Shown piece after piece: positions 1 through 9,412 of a stretch of 40,716 bases of DNA. The DNA comes from an uncultured Deferribacteres bacterium. GTDB taxonomy: Bacteria > Zhuqueibacterota > Zhuqueibacteria > Zhuqueibacterales > Geothermadaptataceae. The stretch covers positions 1 to 40,716 of the forward strand of contig CAXHAT010000056.1 of NCBI GenBank assembly GCA_964014485.1, written 5' to 3'. Within the stretch, counting starts at the first letter, position 1. Every line of letters starts with the position of its first letter. The position numbers and the translations under genes are program-made. A model generated the notes under the pieces. The model was not told where the DNA came from. It searched no databases and worked only from the letters and a program-made list of their open reading frames with translations.

Positions 1-46
1 TACACCAAGAAGCTCGTCGGCAGCGTCAGATGTGTATAAGAGACAG
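1..46 (+). other. Illumina Nextera adapter contamination (end of P5 + i5 index + Read1 transposase adapter/mosaic end)
   Basis: TACAC (1-5), 8-nt index CAAGAAGC (6-13), TCGTCGGCAGCGTC-AGATGTGTATAAGAGACAG (14-46), an exact match to the Nextera Read1 adapter. Confidence 0.99.
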
Positions 47-1864
47 GGAACCAATAATGGTCGCGGCGGAACATTCCCGCAAAACAGCGCCGGGTTTGTC
101 CATGCGATTGCGTCTAAAGCCGATCCCACGGTCGATTTTAGCCAGTACGACAATGACGGCCCGGACGGCGTTCCAAATTCCGGCGATGACGACGGTTTTG
201 TCGATGGCTTGATGGTTATTTATCCCGGCGCGGGCGCGGACTGGTTTCCAGGCAACGACAACCTGTGGCCGCATATGAGATCTTTAGGCGGCGATCAATT
301 GACGACAAACGACGCGTCCGCCAATGGCGGTTTCGTGAAAATAAACGCTTTCGCGATAACGCCGGAGCTGGCAGGCGGCGGCACCGGCAGAACCGAAATG
401 CGCCCGATTGGCGTTTTTGCGCACGAGTTCGGCCATTTGCTCGGGCTGCCCGATTTGTATGACCGAACCGACGAGACGGAAGGGCCCGATTTTAACAGTT
501 CTGAAGGAATCGGTGAATGGTGTTTGATGGCGACGGGATCATGGGGCGGAAACGGCAGCCGAACCGAAACGCCCGCGCACATGTCCGCATGGTGCAAAAT
601 ACAAATGGGGTGGATTACGCCAACTTTTTTGACGAGCGACGTCAACGGCCTGACAATAAATCAGGCGGAAACGAACCCTGAAGCCTACGTCCTGTGGGAA
701 GACGGTTTTGAATTCAGCCGCTATTTTTTGGTCGAAAACCGGCAAAAAACAGGCTTCGACAGGTTTTTGAACGGCGCGGGATTGCTCGTTTTTCATGTTG
801 ACGAGAATCAGCGTTGGGGCGGACTGCGCTGGTCTTTCGGCCAGGTCAATGATGATGAAACGCACAAACTGCTGGATATTGAAGCGGCGGACGGAAAGCA
901 AGATTTGGATTTCAACAGGAACCGCGGCGATTCCGGCGATCCTTTCCCGGGGAACGAAAATAATCAGGAATTCTCAACTTTATCAACGCCCAATAGCCTG
1001 GACTATGACGGCGCTGAAACTGGCGTTGCAATTAGCAACATTAGCAACTCAGGCGCTGTTATGACAGCCGACGTCAAGGTTCGCCAGAATCTGGGATATG
1101 GACTGGCCTACGACGAAAACGGGATCACTGGCTGGGGCTGGGGATTGCAGCAAGACGTCGATTCGTGGAGCGGCGTGGTTTTTACCAGCGCGCAAGCCGG
1201 AACCGTGAAAGTGGTAGACGTTGGTTTTAGAAACAGCCCGAACACCTATGAACTCAAAGTCTTTCGCACTTTGGAAAACGGCGCGCCGGTCGATTTGCTG
1301 GCTTCAGCGTCAGGTCAAGCGCAAACCAGCGGCTGGCATAGCATTTCATTGGACGGGGACGGCGCGGTCGTAGGCGCTAATCAGGATTTTTTTGTTAGCG
1401 TTAAGATTGACGGAAGGCAATTTGCGCACGCTTATGATCGCTGGGGAGATAACTCCGGGCGCTCCTGGTTTTCAGACAACGGTAATTTTTTCAACAACTC
1501 CCTACGCACAAGCGCAACAGGCGGTGATTTAAACATTCGCGCCCGCATTCAAACCAACGGCTTGGCGACTTCAATCGGAGAAGAAATTGCCGCTGTCCCG
1601 CTTGCTTACCGTCTTGAACAGAACCACCCAAACCCGTTCAATCCAAGTACGACCATTCCTTTTTCTATTGCCCAACAAGAGCATGTTTCGATTGAAATTT
1701 ATGACATGTTGGGGAAAAAAGTGACGACCCTCATCGCCGGAAAACGCGAAGCCGGGAATCATCAGGTCGACTGGAACGCAACCGGGCAAGCTAGCGGTGT
1801 TTACTTCTACAAATTGACTGCCGGGGACTTTTCTCAAACCAGAAAATTGATTCTGCTGCGGTAA
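47..1864 (+). CDS. M6-family (immune inhibitor A-like) zinc metalloprotease with C-terminal T9SS/Por-like sorting domain; 5'-truncated at the contig end
   Basis: HEFGHLLGLPDLY zinc motif, W.LM..GSW Met-turn, YFLVENRQ..GFD, GLLVFHVD and C-terminal QNHPNPFNPST...GVYFYKL...TRKLILLR. The apparent MYKRQ start is adapter-derived. Confidence 0.92.
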   Translation, partial: GTNNGRGGTFPQNSAGFVHAIASKADPTVDFSQYDNDGPDGVPNSGDDDGFVDGLMVIYPGAGADWFPGNDNLWPHMRSLGGDQLTTNDASANGGFVKINAFAITPELAGGGTGRTEMRPIGVFAHEFGHLLGLPDLYDRTDETEGPDFNSSEGIGEWCLMATGSWGGNGSRTETPAHMSAWCKIQMGWITPTFLTSDVNGLTINQAETNPEAYVLWEDGFEFSRYFLVENRQKTGFDRFLNGAGLLVFHVDENQRWGGLRWSFGQVNDDETHKLLDIEAADGKQDLDFNRNRGDSGDPFPGNENNQEFSTLSTPNSLDYDGAETGVAISNISNSGAVMTADVKVRQNLGYGLAYDENGITGWGWGLQQDVDSWSGVVFTSAQAGTVKVVDVGFRNSPNTYELKVFRTLENGAPVDLLASASGQAQTSGWHSISLDGDGAVVGANQDFFVSVKIDGRQFAHAYDRWGDNSGRSWFSDNGNFFNNSLRTSATGGDLNIRARIQTNGLATSIGEEIAAVPLAYRLEQNHPNPFNPSTTIPFSIAQQEHVSIEIYDMLGKKVTTLIAGKREAGNHQVDWNATGQASGVYFYKLTAGDFSQTRKLILLR

Positions 1865-1956
1865 AACTGTGCGCCTTGCTTTTTATCGAAAATCGGGTTT
1901 GTTAGGAATCTGCCAAACAAATCTGATTTTCGATTATTTTTTAGGAGCGCCTGGCA

Positions 1957-3285
1957 TTGTTCATCCCCCAAAACCGCTTGAAATCCATCCTTTCTCTGTC
2001 TTTTCCTATCGTCGGAAGCATGCTTGCTCAAAATATCATGAGTCTCATCGATACGGCGATGGTCGGGCGGCTCGGAAACGCTGCGTTGGCTAGCGTCGGC
2101 GTGGGGAATTTCATGTTTATACTTGTCATCTCGGTTTTGTTCGGGATCAATGCCGGTGTTCAAGCATTGGTTGCCAGACGCATTGGTGAAGACAAACCGC
2201 AATTGGCCGGGCTTGATCTTAACGCCGGGTTGGTTGTTTCCATGGGCGCCGGGCTGGTGCTCACGTTTGTGGCGTATTTTGCATTGCCGCCTCTTTTCCA
2301 CGCCGTCAGTGATGATCCGCAAGTCATTCAAAAAGGGATCGCTTATTTAACGCCCAGAATCCCTTCCACGGTGCTTGTGGGTTGCAATGTCGCGTTCATG
2401 GCTTATTGGAACGGCGTGAGTTTGCCCAAACTCTCCCTGCTGACGGTTTTGATTGCCACGGCGGTGAACATAATCGCAAACTACTTGCTCATTTTTGGGA
2501 ACTTGGGACTGCCGCGATTGGAAACATTGGGCGCCGGTTTAGGGACGACCATTGCAACCTTCGCCGCTTCAGTGGCGAATATTTTTCTTGGTGTAAAGCA
2601 CGCGAAAAAGAACGGCTTCTTGAAAGGCCTGCCCGACAAAAAAAGAGTAAAGACGCTGATCCAAATTTCTATGCCGGAAAGCATTCGCAATGTGTTGTCT
2701 TTTGCCGGGCTTATGGCTGTTTTTGCAATTGTCAGTTTACTGGGCACGCTGGAGTTGGCCGCGTATAATGTGATCTTGAACATCATGTTAGTCGCTATTC
2801 TGCCAGCGCACGGCATGGGAGTTACGGCGATTACTTTGGTAGGCCAGGCCTTAGGCAGGAAGGAGCCGCTTGACGCTAAAAATTGGGGGTGGGAGGTCGC
2901 ACAGACAGGATCGGGAGTATTGATCCTGTTCAGCATAGTCGTCTTTATTTTTCCAGGCCAGATCATAAGCCTGTTTATTCCCGATCCGGAAACCGTCGCC
3001 GTTGCAATTCTGCCGCTCAGAATATTGGCGGCAAGCATTTGGCTGGAAGCTTTCGGGAGAATCATTAGCTTCGCGCTGATTGGAGCCGGCGCCACAAAAA
3101 TTGTGATGGTCTGGACCTTGGGAACGCAATGGATTCTGGCTTTACCGCTAACTTGGTTGGTCGCTGTTTACCTTGGCTACAGTCTTGCCGGCGTATTTGT
3201 AGTCAGTATGGCAACAATCGCACTGCGGACAGTCGCCTTCTCTATTCTTTGGCACAGGGAAGGGTGGCGAGCTATCGCAATATGA
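1957..3285 (+). CDS. MATE family efflux transporter
   Basis: About 12 hydrophobic segments; IDTAMVGRLG..ALASVG, NIIANYLLIFGNLGLPRL..GAG motifs; two-fold internal repeat; TTG start. Confidence 0.93.
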   Translation: MFIPQNRLKSILSLSFPIVGSMLAQNIMSLIDTAMVGRLGNAALASVGVGNFMFILVISVLFGINAGVQALVARRIGEDKPQLAGLDLNAGLVVSMGAGLVLTFVAYFALPPLFHAVSDDPQVIQKGIAYLTPRIPSTVLVGCNVAFMAYWNGVSLPKLSLLTVLIATAVNIIANYLLIFGNLGLPRLETLGAGLGTTIATFAASVANIFLGVKHAKKNGFLKGLPDKKRVKTLIQISMPESIRNVLSFAGLMAVFAIVSLLGTLELAAYNVILNIMLVAILPAHGMGVTAITLVGQALGRKEPLDAKNWGWEVAQTGSGVLILFSIVVFIFPGQIISLFIPDPETVAVAILPLRILAASIWLEAFGRIISFALIGAGATKIVMVWTLGTQWILALPLTWLVAVYLGYSLAGVFVVSMATIALRTVAFSILWHREGWRAIAI

Positions 3286-3295
3286 GGAATGAGTT

Positions 3296-3565
3296 GTGTT
3301 ATTCATGGTAATCGAAAAGTTTAAACCAGGCGCCGTCAGAGAAATTTATGAACGCGCGCTGAAGATGGGAAGAATGCTGCCGAATGGACTTGAGTACATC
3401 AATAGCTGGCCGTCTGAGAATCTTACGATGTGTTTTCAACTCATGCGCTGCGACGAACTGCATCTCATCGAAGCCTGGACGCAAAAGTGGGAAGATTTGG
3501 TTGAGTTCGAAGTTATACCTGTTATTTCGTCAGCCGCGGCTTCAGAAAAAGCGCTTCGACAATAG
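3296..3565 (+). CDS. DUF3303-like small protein
   Basis: MLFMVIEKF...GRMLPNGLEY..SW...CFQLM...W.DLVEFEVIPV pattern; GTG start after a GAGGA-like RBS. Confidence 0.75.
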   Translation: MLFMVIEKFKPGAVREIYERALKMGRMLPNGLEYINSWPSENLTMCFQLMRCDELHLIEAWTQKWEDLVEFEVIPVISSAAASEKALRQ

Positions 3566-3764
3566 AAGTGAATCATTTCTGAACATTTGCCATCCGCACT
3601 ATCTGTACACTGACTCTATAAATAAAGTCTATTGCCGGGAATGCTTTAGAATGTGAAATGTTTGTTACATTTTCACGACAAAAAGCTTGCGTCTTTACAG
3701 ATTTATCATATATTCCCGCTCTGTTTGCCGAAATCATGAAGTGAACCAAAATAGGCAAGAGTTT

Positions 3765-4184
3765 GTGAGATATTTAGTTTCGATTTTACTCCTGTTCGCA
3801 GCGATGGCCATCAAACCGGTGGACATCAAAACCGAAGCGCCTGACAATAGGCTTGAAAACAGATCGGCTTTGGAACTGCGCATGTCTGCTCTTGATGACA
3901 ACGCTGTCATCTTGAACTGGCAAGCAAAGGCCTCAGCTAACACTTTTGGATACAAAATCGAAAAACTGACCGAGCAAGATATTTTTCAGAGTCTTGGTTT
4001 TATTCCGGCGCAACCACGCAGCGGAGCCGTGAAGTACAGTTATATCAATCGACCTGTGACTCCGGGAAATTTGATCTATCGTCTTCGTGAAATCGATGCG
4101 GATGGGGCGACGATTTCCCTCTCAAAAGAATTTCTCCACCAATTTTCTCCGCCTTCAAAGATTTTCAAGATTTCATCACACTGA
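3765..4184 (+). CDS. Exported protein consisting of a stand-alone Ig/FN3-like module (type normally found just upstream of T9SS-like sorting domains)
   Basis: Signal-like N-terminus (VRYLVSILLLFAAMA) and VILNWQ...FGYKIEK...LGFI...YSYI...YRLREIDADG; start (GTG 3765) uncertain. Confidence 0.6.
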   Translation: MRYLVSILLLFAAMAIKPVDIKTEAPDNRLENRSALELRMSALDDNAVILNWQAKASANTFGYKIEKLTEQDIFQSLGFIPAQPRSGAVKYSYINRPVTPGNLIYRLREIDADGATISLSKEFLHQFSPPSKIFKISSH

Positions 4185-4246
4185 TTTGAAAGCGATTTTT
4201 GCTACGTCGAGATTCGTTTGAATGTCGCGTGTGGAGCGTTTATCAT

Positions 4247-4275
4247 AAAGCCGAGCTTGGTTCTCGGCTTTTTTT
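4247..4275 (+). terminator. Rho-independent terminator
   Basis: AAAGCCGAG-cttggtt-CTCGGCTTT followed by a T-run. Confidence 0.8.
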
Positions 4276-4368
4276 ATGCCCGCTTCAAAATATAATATTG
4301 AATGTCTGGCGACGCAAGTCGTCAAAATATGTAATCAAAAATCCGCTCTCACCAAAACAAAGATCGTT

Positions 4369-5400
4369 ATGAAATTCTTCTCGAAAATCCTGGTTTGGCT
4401 TTCACTCTCAAGCCTCTTTTTTGCCTATGGCTGCGGCGGTGACGCCCAGCAATCTTTGATCGTCTACACCACGCACGGCGAAGACCTGTTTCAGAAATTT
4501 ATCGAAAAATTTGAAGCTGAAAACCCGAACGTCATCGTTGAAGTCGTTGACATGGGCTCGCAGGAAGTGCTCGACCGTATTCGTAGTGAGAAGGCGAATC
4601 CGCAGGCAAGTTTATGGTGGGGAGCTCCGGCCCCGCTGTTTATGCAAGCTGTCGATGAAGGCTTGTTGCAAGCGTATCGCCCGTCTTGGGCCGATCAAGT
4701 TGACGCAGTTTATCACGACCCAAACGATTTTTGGTACGGGAATTTTCTCACGCCTGAAGTGATCGGTTATAACACGGACAAACTTACTCTTGAGACTGCG
4801 CCGCAGGATTGGGACGACTTGATCAAGCCGGAATGGAAAGACCGCATTGTGATCCGGAACCCGATGGCCAGCGGCACCATGCGCGCGATCTATATTTCAC
4901 AAATCTTGAGATTTTACGGCGACGAAAAGAATACGGAGCAGGGCTTTGAGTGGCTGAGAAAACTCGACGCCAACACTGCCAGCTACGCCGCAATGCCCAC
5001 TCTGATGTACGAAAAGTTGGCGCGGGGCGGGGGAGAGGTCACCCTTTGGAATATGCCGGATATGATGCTGCAAAAAAATGACAACGGCTATCCTTTCGGC
5101 TACATTATCCCCAAAAGCGGGACGGTTGTGGTGACGGATTGCATGGGCATTGTTGCAAACGCCAAAGCGCCGGAGCTTGCCAAGAAATTCTATGAATTCG
5201 TGACCAGCGAAGAGTCGATGATTCGGCAAGCCGTCGAGAATTATCGCATCCCGTCCCGAAAGGACATTCCTAAAGAAAAGCTCCCTGAATGGATGCGTGA
5301 ACCAATCAACGTAACGCCGGTAGATTGGAAAATATTTGCGGAGAAAAGCGAAGAGTGGATGCGTCACTGGGATGAAAACATCCGCAGCCAGGAGAAATAG
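4369..5400 (+). CDS. ABC transporter solute-binding lipoprotein (Fe3+/thiamine/AfuA-FbpA family)
   Basis: Lipobox AYGC; LIVYT, RIRSEKANPQA, PQDWDDL..PEWK..I..NP..SGT motifs; first gene of an SBP-ATPase-permease operon. ATG 4369 is preferred over 4276. Confidence 0.88.
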   Translation: MKFFSKILVWLSLSSLFFAYGCGGDAQQSLIVYTTHGEDLFQKFIEKFEAENPNVIVEVVDMGSQEVLDRIRSEKANPQASLWWGAPAPLFMQAVDEGLLQAYRPSWADQVDAVYHDPNDFWYGNFLTPEVIGYNTDKLTLETAPQDWDDLIKPEWKDRIVIRNPMASGTMRAIYISQILRFYGDEKNTEQGFEWLRKLDANTASYAAMPTLMYEKLARGGGEVTLWNMPDMMLQKNDNGYPFGYIIPKSGTVVVTDCMGIVANAKAPELAKKFYEFVTSEESMIRQAVENYRIPSRKDIPKEKLPEWMREPINVTPVDWKIFAEKSEEWMRHWDENIRSQEK

Positions 5401-5402
5401 AT

Positions 5403-6467
5403 TTGGCGAGCGTTCGACTAGAGAAAGTCACCAAATTATTCGGCGATGTTCGCGCCGTCGATGATATTTCATTTCAAGTTGAAGAAGGGGAGTTTTTTAG
5501 CCTCCTGGGGCCGAGCGGATGCGGCAAAACCACCACTTTGCGCATGATTGCCGGGTTTGAATCTCCGAGCGGCGGAACGATTTTTTTCGGAGACAACGAT
5601 GTCGCCGGACTGAAGCCGCAACAGCGCAACATTGGCATGGTTTTCCAAAACTACGCGCTTTTCCCGCACATGACGGTCGGCGAAAACGTTGCCTTTGGCT
5701 TGAAAGCCCGGAAGGTTGAAAAATCAGAGATTTCAGGGAAAGTGCGAAAAGCACTGGAGCTTGTAAATCTCACCGGCTATACGGATCGCCCGGTCAGCGC
5801 CATGTCCGGGGGGCAGCAACAACGTGTCGCTCTTGCTCGGGCGCTTGTCATTGAACCTCAAATTCTTTTGCTCGACGAACCGCTCAGTAATCTCGACGCC
5901 AAGCTGCGGGTCGAAACGCGTGAGCAGATTCGCAGCCTGCAAAAACGCCTCGGCATCACCACATTTTATGTCACTCACGATCAGGATGAGGCGCTTTCAC
6001 AAAGCGACCGTCTTGCCGTTCTGATCGCTGGAAAATGTATGCAAATCGGCGAACCGCGCGAAGTTTTCAACCAGCCGAGAGGCAGAGAAGTGATGGATTT
6101 CTTAGGGAAAGCGAACTTTTTGCCGGGCAGCATCATTTCATCTGAAAACGGTAAATTGCAGGTTCAAATCTCTCCGCAATGGGTAGTTGCCCTCCCGTTG
6201 AACGTGGAGGAAAACGTTGATCAGATCATTTTGGGCTTCCGGCCGCACGAAGTTGAGTTTGCCGCTGAAGGGGACGCCGCGACTATTCAGGCAAAAGTGA
6301 AAGACGTCATCTACACCGGCGCTCTCGAAGAAATTCTCCTTGAACACGCTGAAAAAAGGTTTGTCGCACAACGCTCGATCCACTCAGGCTCAAGTCCTAT
6401 TTCGCCCGGCGATGTAATTTCAATCCGCATCCCGGGAAATGCGTTGAAGCTTTTCCCCGCCAGTTGA
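5403..6467 (+). CDS. ABC transporter ATP-binding protein (FbpC/PotA family, C-terminal TOBE)
   Basis: Walker A GPSGCGKT, signature MSGGQQQR, Walker B LLLDEPLSNLD, H-loop YVTHDQ. Confidence 0.95.
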   Translation: MASVRLEKVTKLFGDVRAVDDISFQVEEGEFFSLLGPSGCGKTTTLRMIAGFESPSGGTIFFGDNDVAGLKPQQRNIGMVFQNYALFPHMTVGENVAFGLKARKVEKSEISGKVRKALELVNLTGYTDRPVSAMSGGQQQRVALARALVIEPQILLLDEPLSNLDAKLRVETREQIRSLQKRLGITTFYVTHDQDEALSQSDRLAVLIAGKCMQIGEPREVFNQPRGREVMDFLGKANFLPGSIISSENGKLQVQISPQWVVALPLNVEENVDQIILGFRPHEVEFAAEGDAATIQAKVKDVIYTGALEEILLEHAEKRFVAQRSIHSGSSPISPGDVISIRIPGNALKLFPAS

Positions 6468-6477
6468 GTTTTTCTGA

Positions 6478-8142
6478 ATGACTATCCCGAAACCAAAAAT
6501 CACAGGCTTGCGAGCCTTCAGCATAGCGGTTCTCGTGCTCTTCATCGCATTTCCACTGTGGCAGATGGTGCAGCAAAGCTTTTTTGTGGACGGCGGCGTG
6601 AGCGCAGGAAACTACGGCCGTTTTTTCTCTCCGGAACAATCCCGCTCCCTTGACGCTTTGTGGGGCAGCGTTTGGATTTCAATTGTAAGCGTGATTTGCG
6701 CAGGACTCATTGGCGTGCCGCTGGCCATTCTTTTCGAGCGTGTTGATCTTCCTGCGAAGAATTTTCTTTCCGCGGTTGCAACTTTGCCCATCGTCTTGCC
6801 GCCGCTGGTCGGGGTATTTGCGTTTCTCTATTCTTTTGGGGAAAGCGGGATTTTCCCTCGATTGTTGCAATCAATGCTCGGCGCTGAAAAGCCTGTTCTG
6901 GCTCTGGACGGGGTCAGCGGCGTGATCGTCGTCCACGCTTACAGCTTTTACGTATATTTTTTCCTCTTCACACGCGCCGCTTTCCAACGTCTGGACGGTT
7001 CGGTGATCGAAGCAGCGCGCAGCCTTGGCTCCAGTCATTTTCGGCTTTATCGAGAAATTATTTTTCCGCAATTGTGGCCGGCAATGAGTGGAGCGGCAAT
7101 CATCGTTTTTATGGTCAGCATGGCTTCTTTCACGGCGCCGCTCATTTTCGCCGGAGACTACCGTTTTCTAACCGTCGAGATTTTCAACAACAAAGTGAAC
7201 GGCGACATGCCGATGGCGATTACCCAGAGCGTTATGCTTGGCGCCATTTCGCTCGTTTTTCTCTTCGTAAATCTCACAACAACCGGAAGAGAAAACGCGG
7301 CCGGGCAAAAAGGAGTGCCGCTGCCGCCGCGTCCAATCTCGAGTAAAACGGGGCGCTATCTTGCAATCTTCGCCGCCGTTTCCGCGAGCCTATTGCTGAC
7401 AATCCCACATCTCACGATCTTTCTGCTCTCGTTCGTGCAAGACGGCAGTTGGACCACGCAGATATTTCCGGATTCCTTCACATTTGACAACTATTCAAAA
7501 ATTCTGTCCGGCGGGAGGGCGGCGCGTCCAGTTTTGAACAGCGCACGCATGGCGCTGATTGCAACGGCTGCAAATATTGCATTTGCGGTGGCTTTTGCCT
7601 ATTGGCACTCGAAGGGGAAAGTTTTGGGGAGAAAGCTTAGCGAAATTATGATCATGCTGCCTTGGGCCATCCCGGGAACCGTCGTTGCGATTGCATTAAT
7701 CGTCGCTTTCAACGAGCCAAGATGGTTCACCGGCGGGCAAATATTGGTGGGCACGTTTTGGATTTTACCCCTCGCTTATTTTATCCGCCATTTGCCGGTC
7801 GTTTATCGCTCAAGCCTGGCCGCCTTCCAGCAATTGGATCGCTCTCAGGAAGAAGCCGCGAAAAGTCTGGGCGCCGGCGGCTTGATGACGCTGCGACGAG
7901 TGATTTTGCCTGCGGTCTGGCCCGGAGTCGTTGCCGGAGCGCTGCTGGCGACGGTCATGTCGCTTGGTGAATTTGTCTCGAGTATTTTGATTTATTTGCC
8001 CAGCAACCGCCCAATATCACTGGCGATTTTTAACGAAATCCGCCTGTTCAATTTAGGGACGGCGTCGGCCTACGGCGTTTTCCTGACCTTCCTGATTTTT
8101 TTCGTCACCTTTTTTTCGTCCCGCTCTGGCCAACGATTTTAA
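6478..8142 (+). CDS. ABC transporter permease with two fused membrane domains (FbpB/ThiP family)
   Basis: Two EAA loops (EAARSLG, EEAAKSLGA) and about 12 TM segments. Confidence 0.93.
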   Translation: MTIPKPKITGLRAFSIAVLVLFIAFPLWQMVQQSFFVDGGVSAGNYGRFFSPEQSRSLDALWGSVWISIVSVICAGLIGVPLAILFERVDLPAKNFLSAVATLPIVLPPLVGVFAFLYSFGESGIFPRLLQSMLGAEKPVLALDGVSGVIVVHAYSFYVYFFLFTRAAFQRLDGSVIEAARSLGSSHFRLYREIIFPQLWPAMSGAAIIVFMVSMASFTAPLIFAGDYRFLTVEIFNNKVNGDMPMAITQSVMLGAISLVFLFVNLTTTGRENAAGQKGVPLPPRPISSKTGRYLAIFAAVSASLLLTIPHLTIFLLSFVQDGSWTTQIFPDSFTFDNYSKILSGGRAARPVLNSARMALIATAANIAFAVAFAYWHSKGKVLGRKLSEIMIMLPWAIPGTVVAIALIVAFNEPRWFTGGQILVGTFWILPLAYFIRHLPVVYRSSLAAFQQLDRSQEEAAKSLGAGGLMTLRRVILPAVWPGVVAGALLATVMSLGEFVSSILIYLPSNRPISLAIFNEIRLFNLGTASAYGVFLTFLIFFVTFFSSRSGQRF

Positions 8143-8157
8143 CTCCAAAAGCTCCAA

Positions 8158-9105
8158 TCACTTGTTACTAATTTCATACTTCTTCAGCTTGTAACGCAGC
8201 GAAGCTTCGGAAATATCAAGGTGTTGCGCCGCTTTGGTTTGGTTACCTTCAAAACGACCAAGCGCATTGGCAAGCAGATACTTTTCGACATGCGAAGTGG
8301 CCTCCGGCAGCGACATGCCGAGAAGGGATTTGAGCGGGTCGTTGTTTTGCAGAAACGGCAGCGCTTCGGGGATATACGCGCCGTTTTTAGTGGTGGTCAG
8401 CAAGGCGCGCACGCTATTTTCAAGCTCTTCCACATTTCCTCGCCATTCGTAAGACATGAGCGCGTCGTACAGATCGCTTGGAACGCCGTCGAACAGCGAA
8501 GCGCCTGCACCGTTTTCTGAAAATTCTCTCAAAAAATGGTCGAACAAAAACGGAATGTCTTGTTTGCGATTTCTCAGCGGCGGTACATTTAAAATGATCT
8601 TGCTAATGCGATAATACAGCTTGGCGTCAAAGCCTTTTTGCGAAAAATTATCGTAAGGCTCAATTTGGGTGGTGGCGATGACGCGTACGTCATAGGATTC
8701 GCTGGTGACGGAGCCGTTCGTTCTTGCGTAATCATTCAAAACCAGAAAAAGATTGGCCTGCTGCTCACGCGTGAGTTTTTCGATGCTGTGCAACGCCAGC
8801 GTGCCGTGTTGGGCTTTTTGGAACGTCCGCCTGAACTTGTTATGCACCGCTTCGTCAAATGATTTTCCGGAAAGCGTACTGCATTCAACGGCGAAATATG
8901 GCCCGGAAGCGCGGGAACTCAATTGGTGGATTTTGTAAGAAAAGAATCGCTTGCCGACTCCAGGCTCTCCGGTGATCAGAATATCGTCGCTCACTTTGGC
9001 GACTTTGCGAATCGCTCTGCGGAGCCGGACGAGGGAAGGGCTGATTCCGATAATTTCATTGAGCACTTTGCGGATAGAGACGTCGCCGTCTGATGCTGAA
9101 GGCAT
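8158..9105 (-). CDS. Degenerate sigma54-interaction-domain (AAA+) regulator with C-terminal Fis-type HTH and no N-terminal sensor domain
   Basis: IIG.SP, Walker A GEPGVGK, DVRVIATT, LYYRI, VPPLRNRKQDIP, W.GNV.EL, GNQTKAAQHL..SL.YKLKKY; GAFTGA absent and Walker B altered. Start 9105 (or 9138). Confidence 0.85.
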   Translation of the reverse strand: MPSASDGDVSIRKVLNEIIGISPSLVRLRRAIRKVAKVSDDILITGEPGVGKRFFSYKIHQLSSRASGPYFAVECSTLSGKSFDEAVHNKFRRTFQKAQHGTLALHSIEKLTREQQANLFLVLNDYARTNGSVTSESYDVRVIATTQIEPYDNFSQKGFDAKLYYRISKIILNVPPLRNRKQDIPFLFDHFLREFSENGAGASLFDGVPSDLYDALMSYEWRGNVEELENSVRALLTTTKNGAYIPEALPFLQNNDPLKSLLGMSLPEATSHVEKYLLANALGRFEGNQTKAAQHLDISEASLRYKLKKYEISNK

Positions 9106-9412
9106 GCCTTGATACCCATAAAAAACGGTTCGCTGCAATTTCCTTATCGAGCGGACTTGATGAATCTTTTAGAATCCTTCCATTGATTCTATTGAAGACG
9201 ACAACAGTCGTTCCTTGCACAAATTTTACGTTTCCTAAGACCTTTGTGCAAAAACGAAGACTGTAAAAAAGCTGTAAATTCTAGCGAATTTTTCACGAAT
9301 TTTGATCGAATTTGTCGAAATCGCGCTTTTTCTTAACGGAATAGAGTCTATTGCAACTTGCTTGTCGTCTTGTGCGTAGGAGACGCCATTGTCAATTTGG
9401 AGGAAGGGTATT

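Noticed and set aside
4185..4368. Riboswitch (TPP or cobalamin) upstream of the ABC importer
   Set aside because: No conserved aptamer motifs are seen; the hairpin is explained as the upstream gene's terminator.
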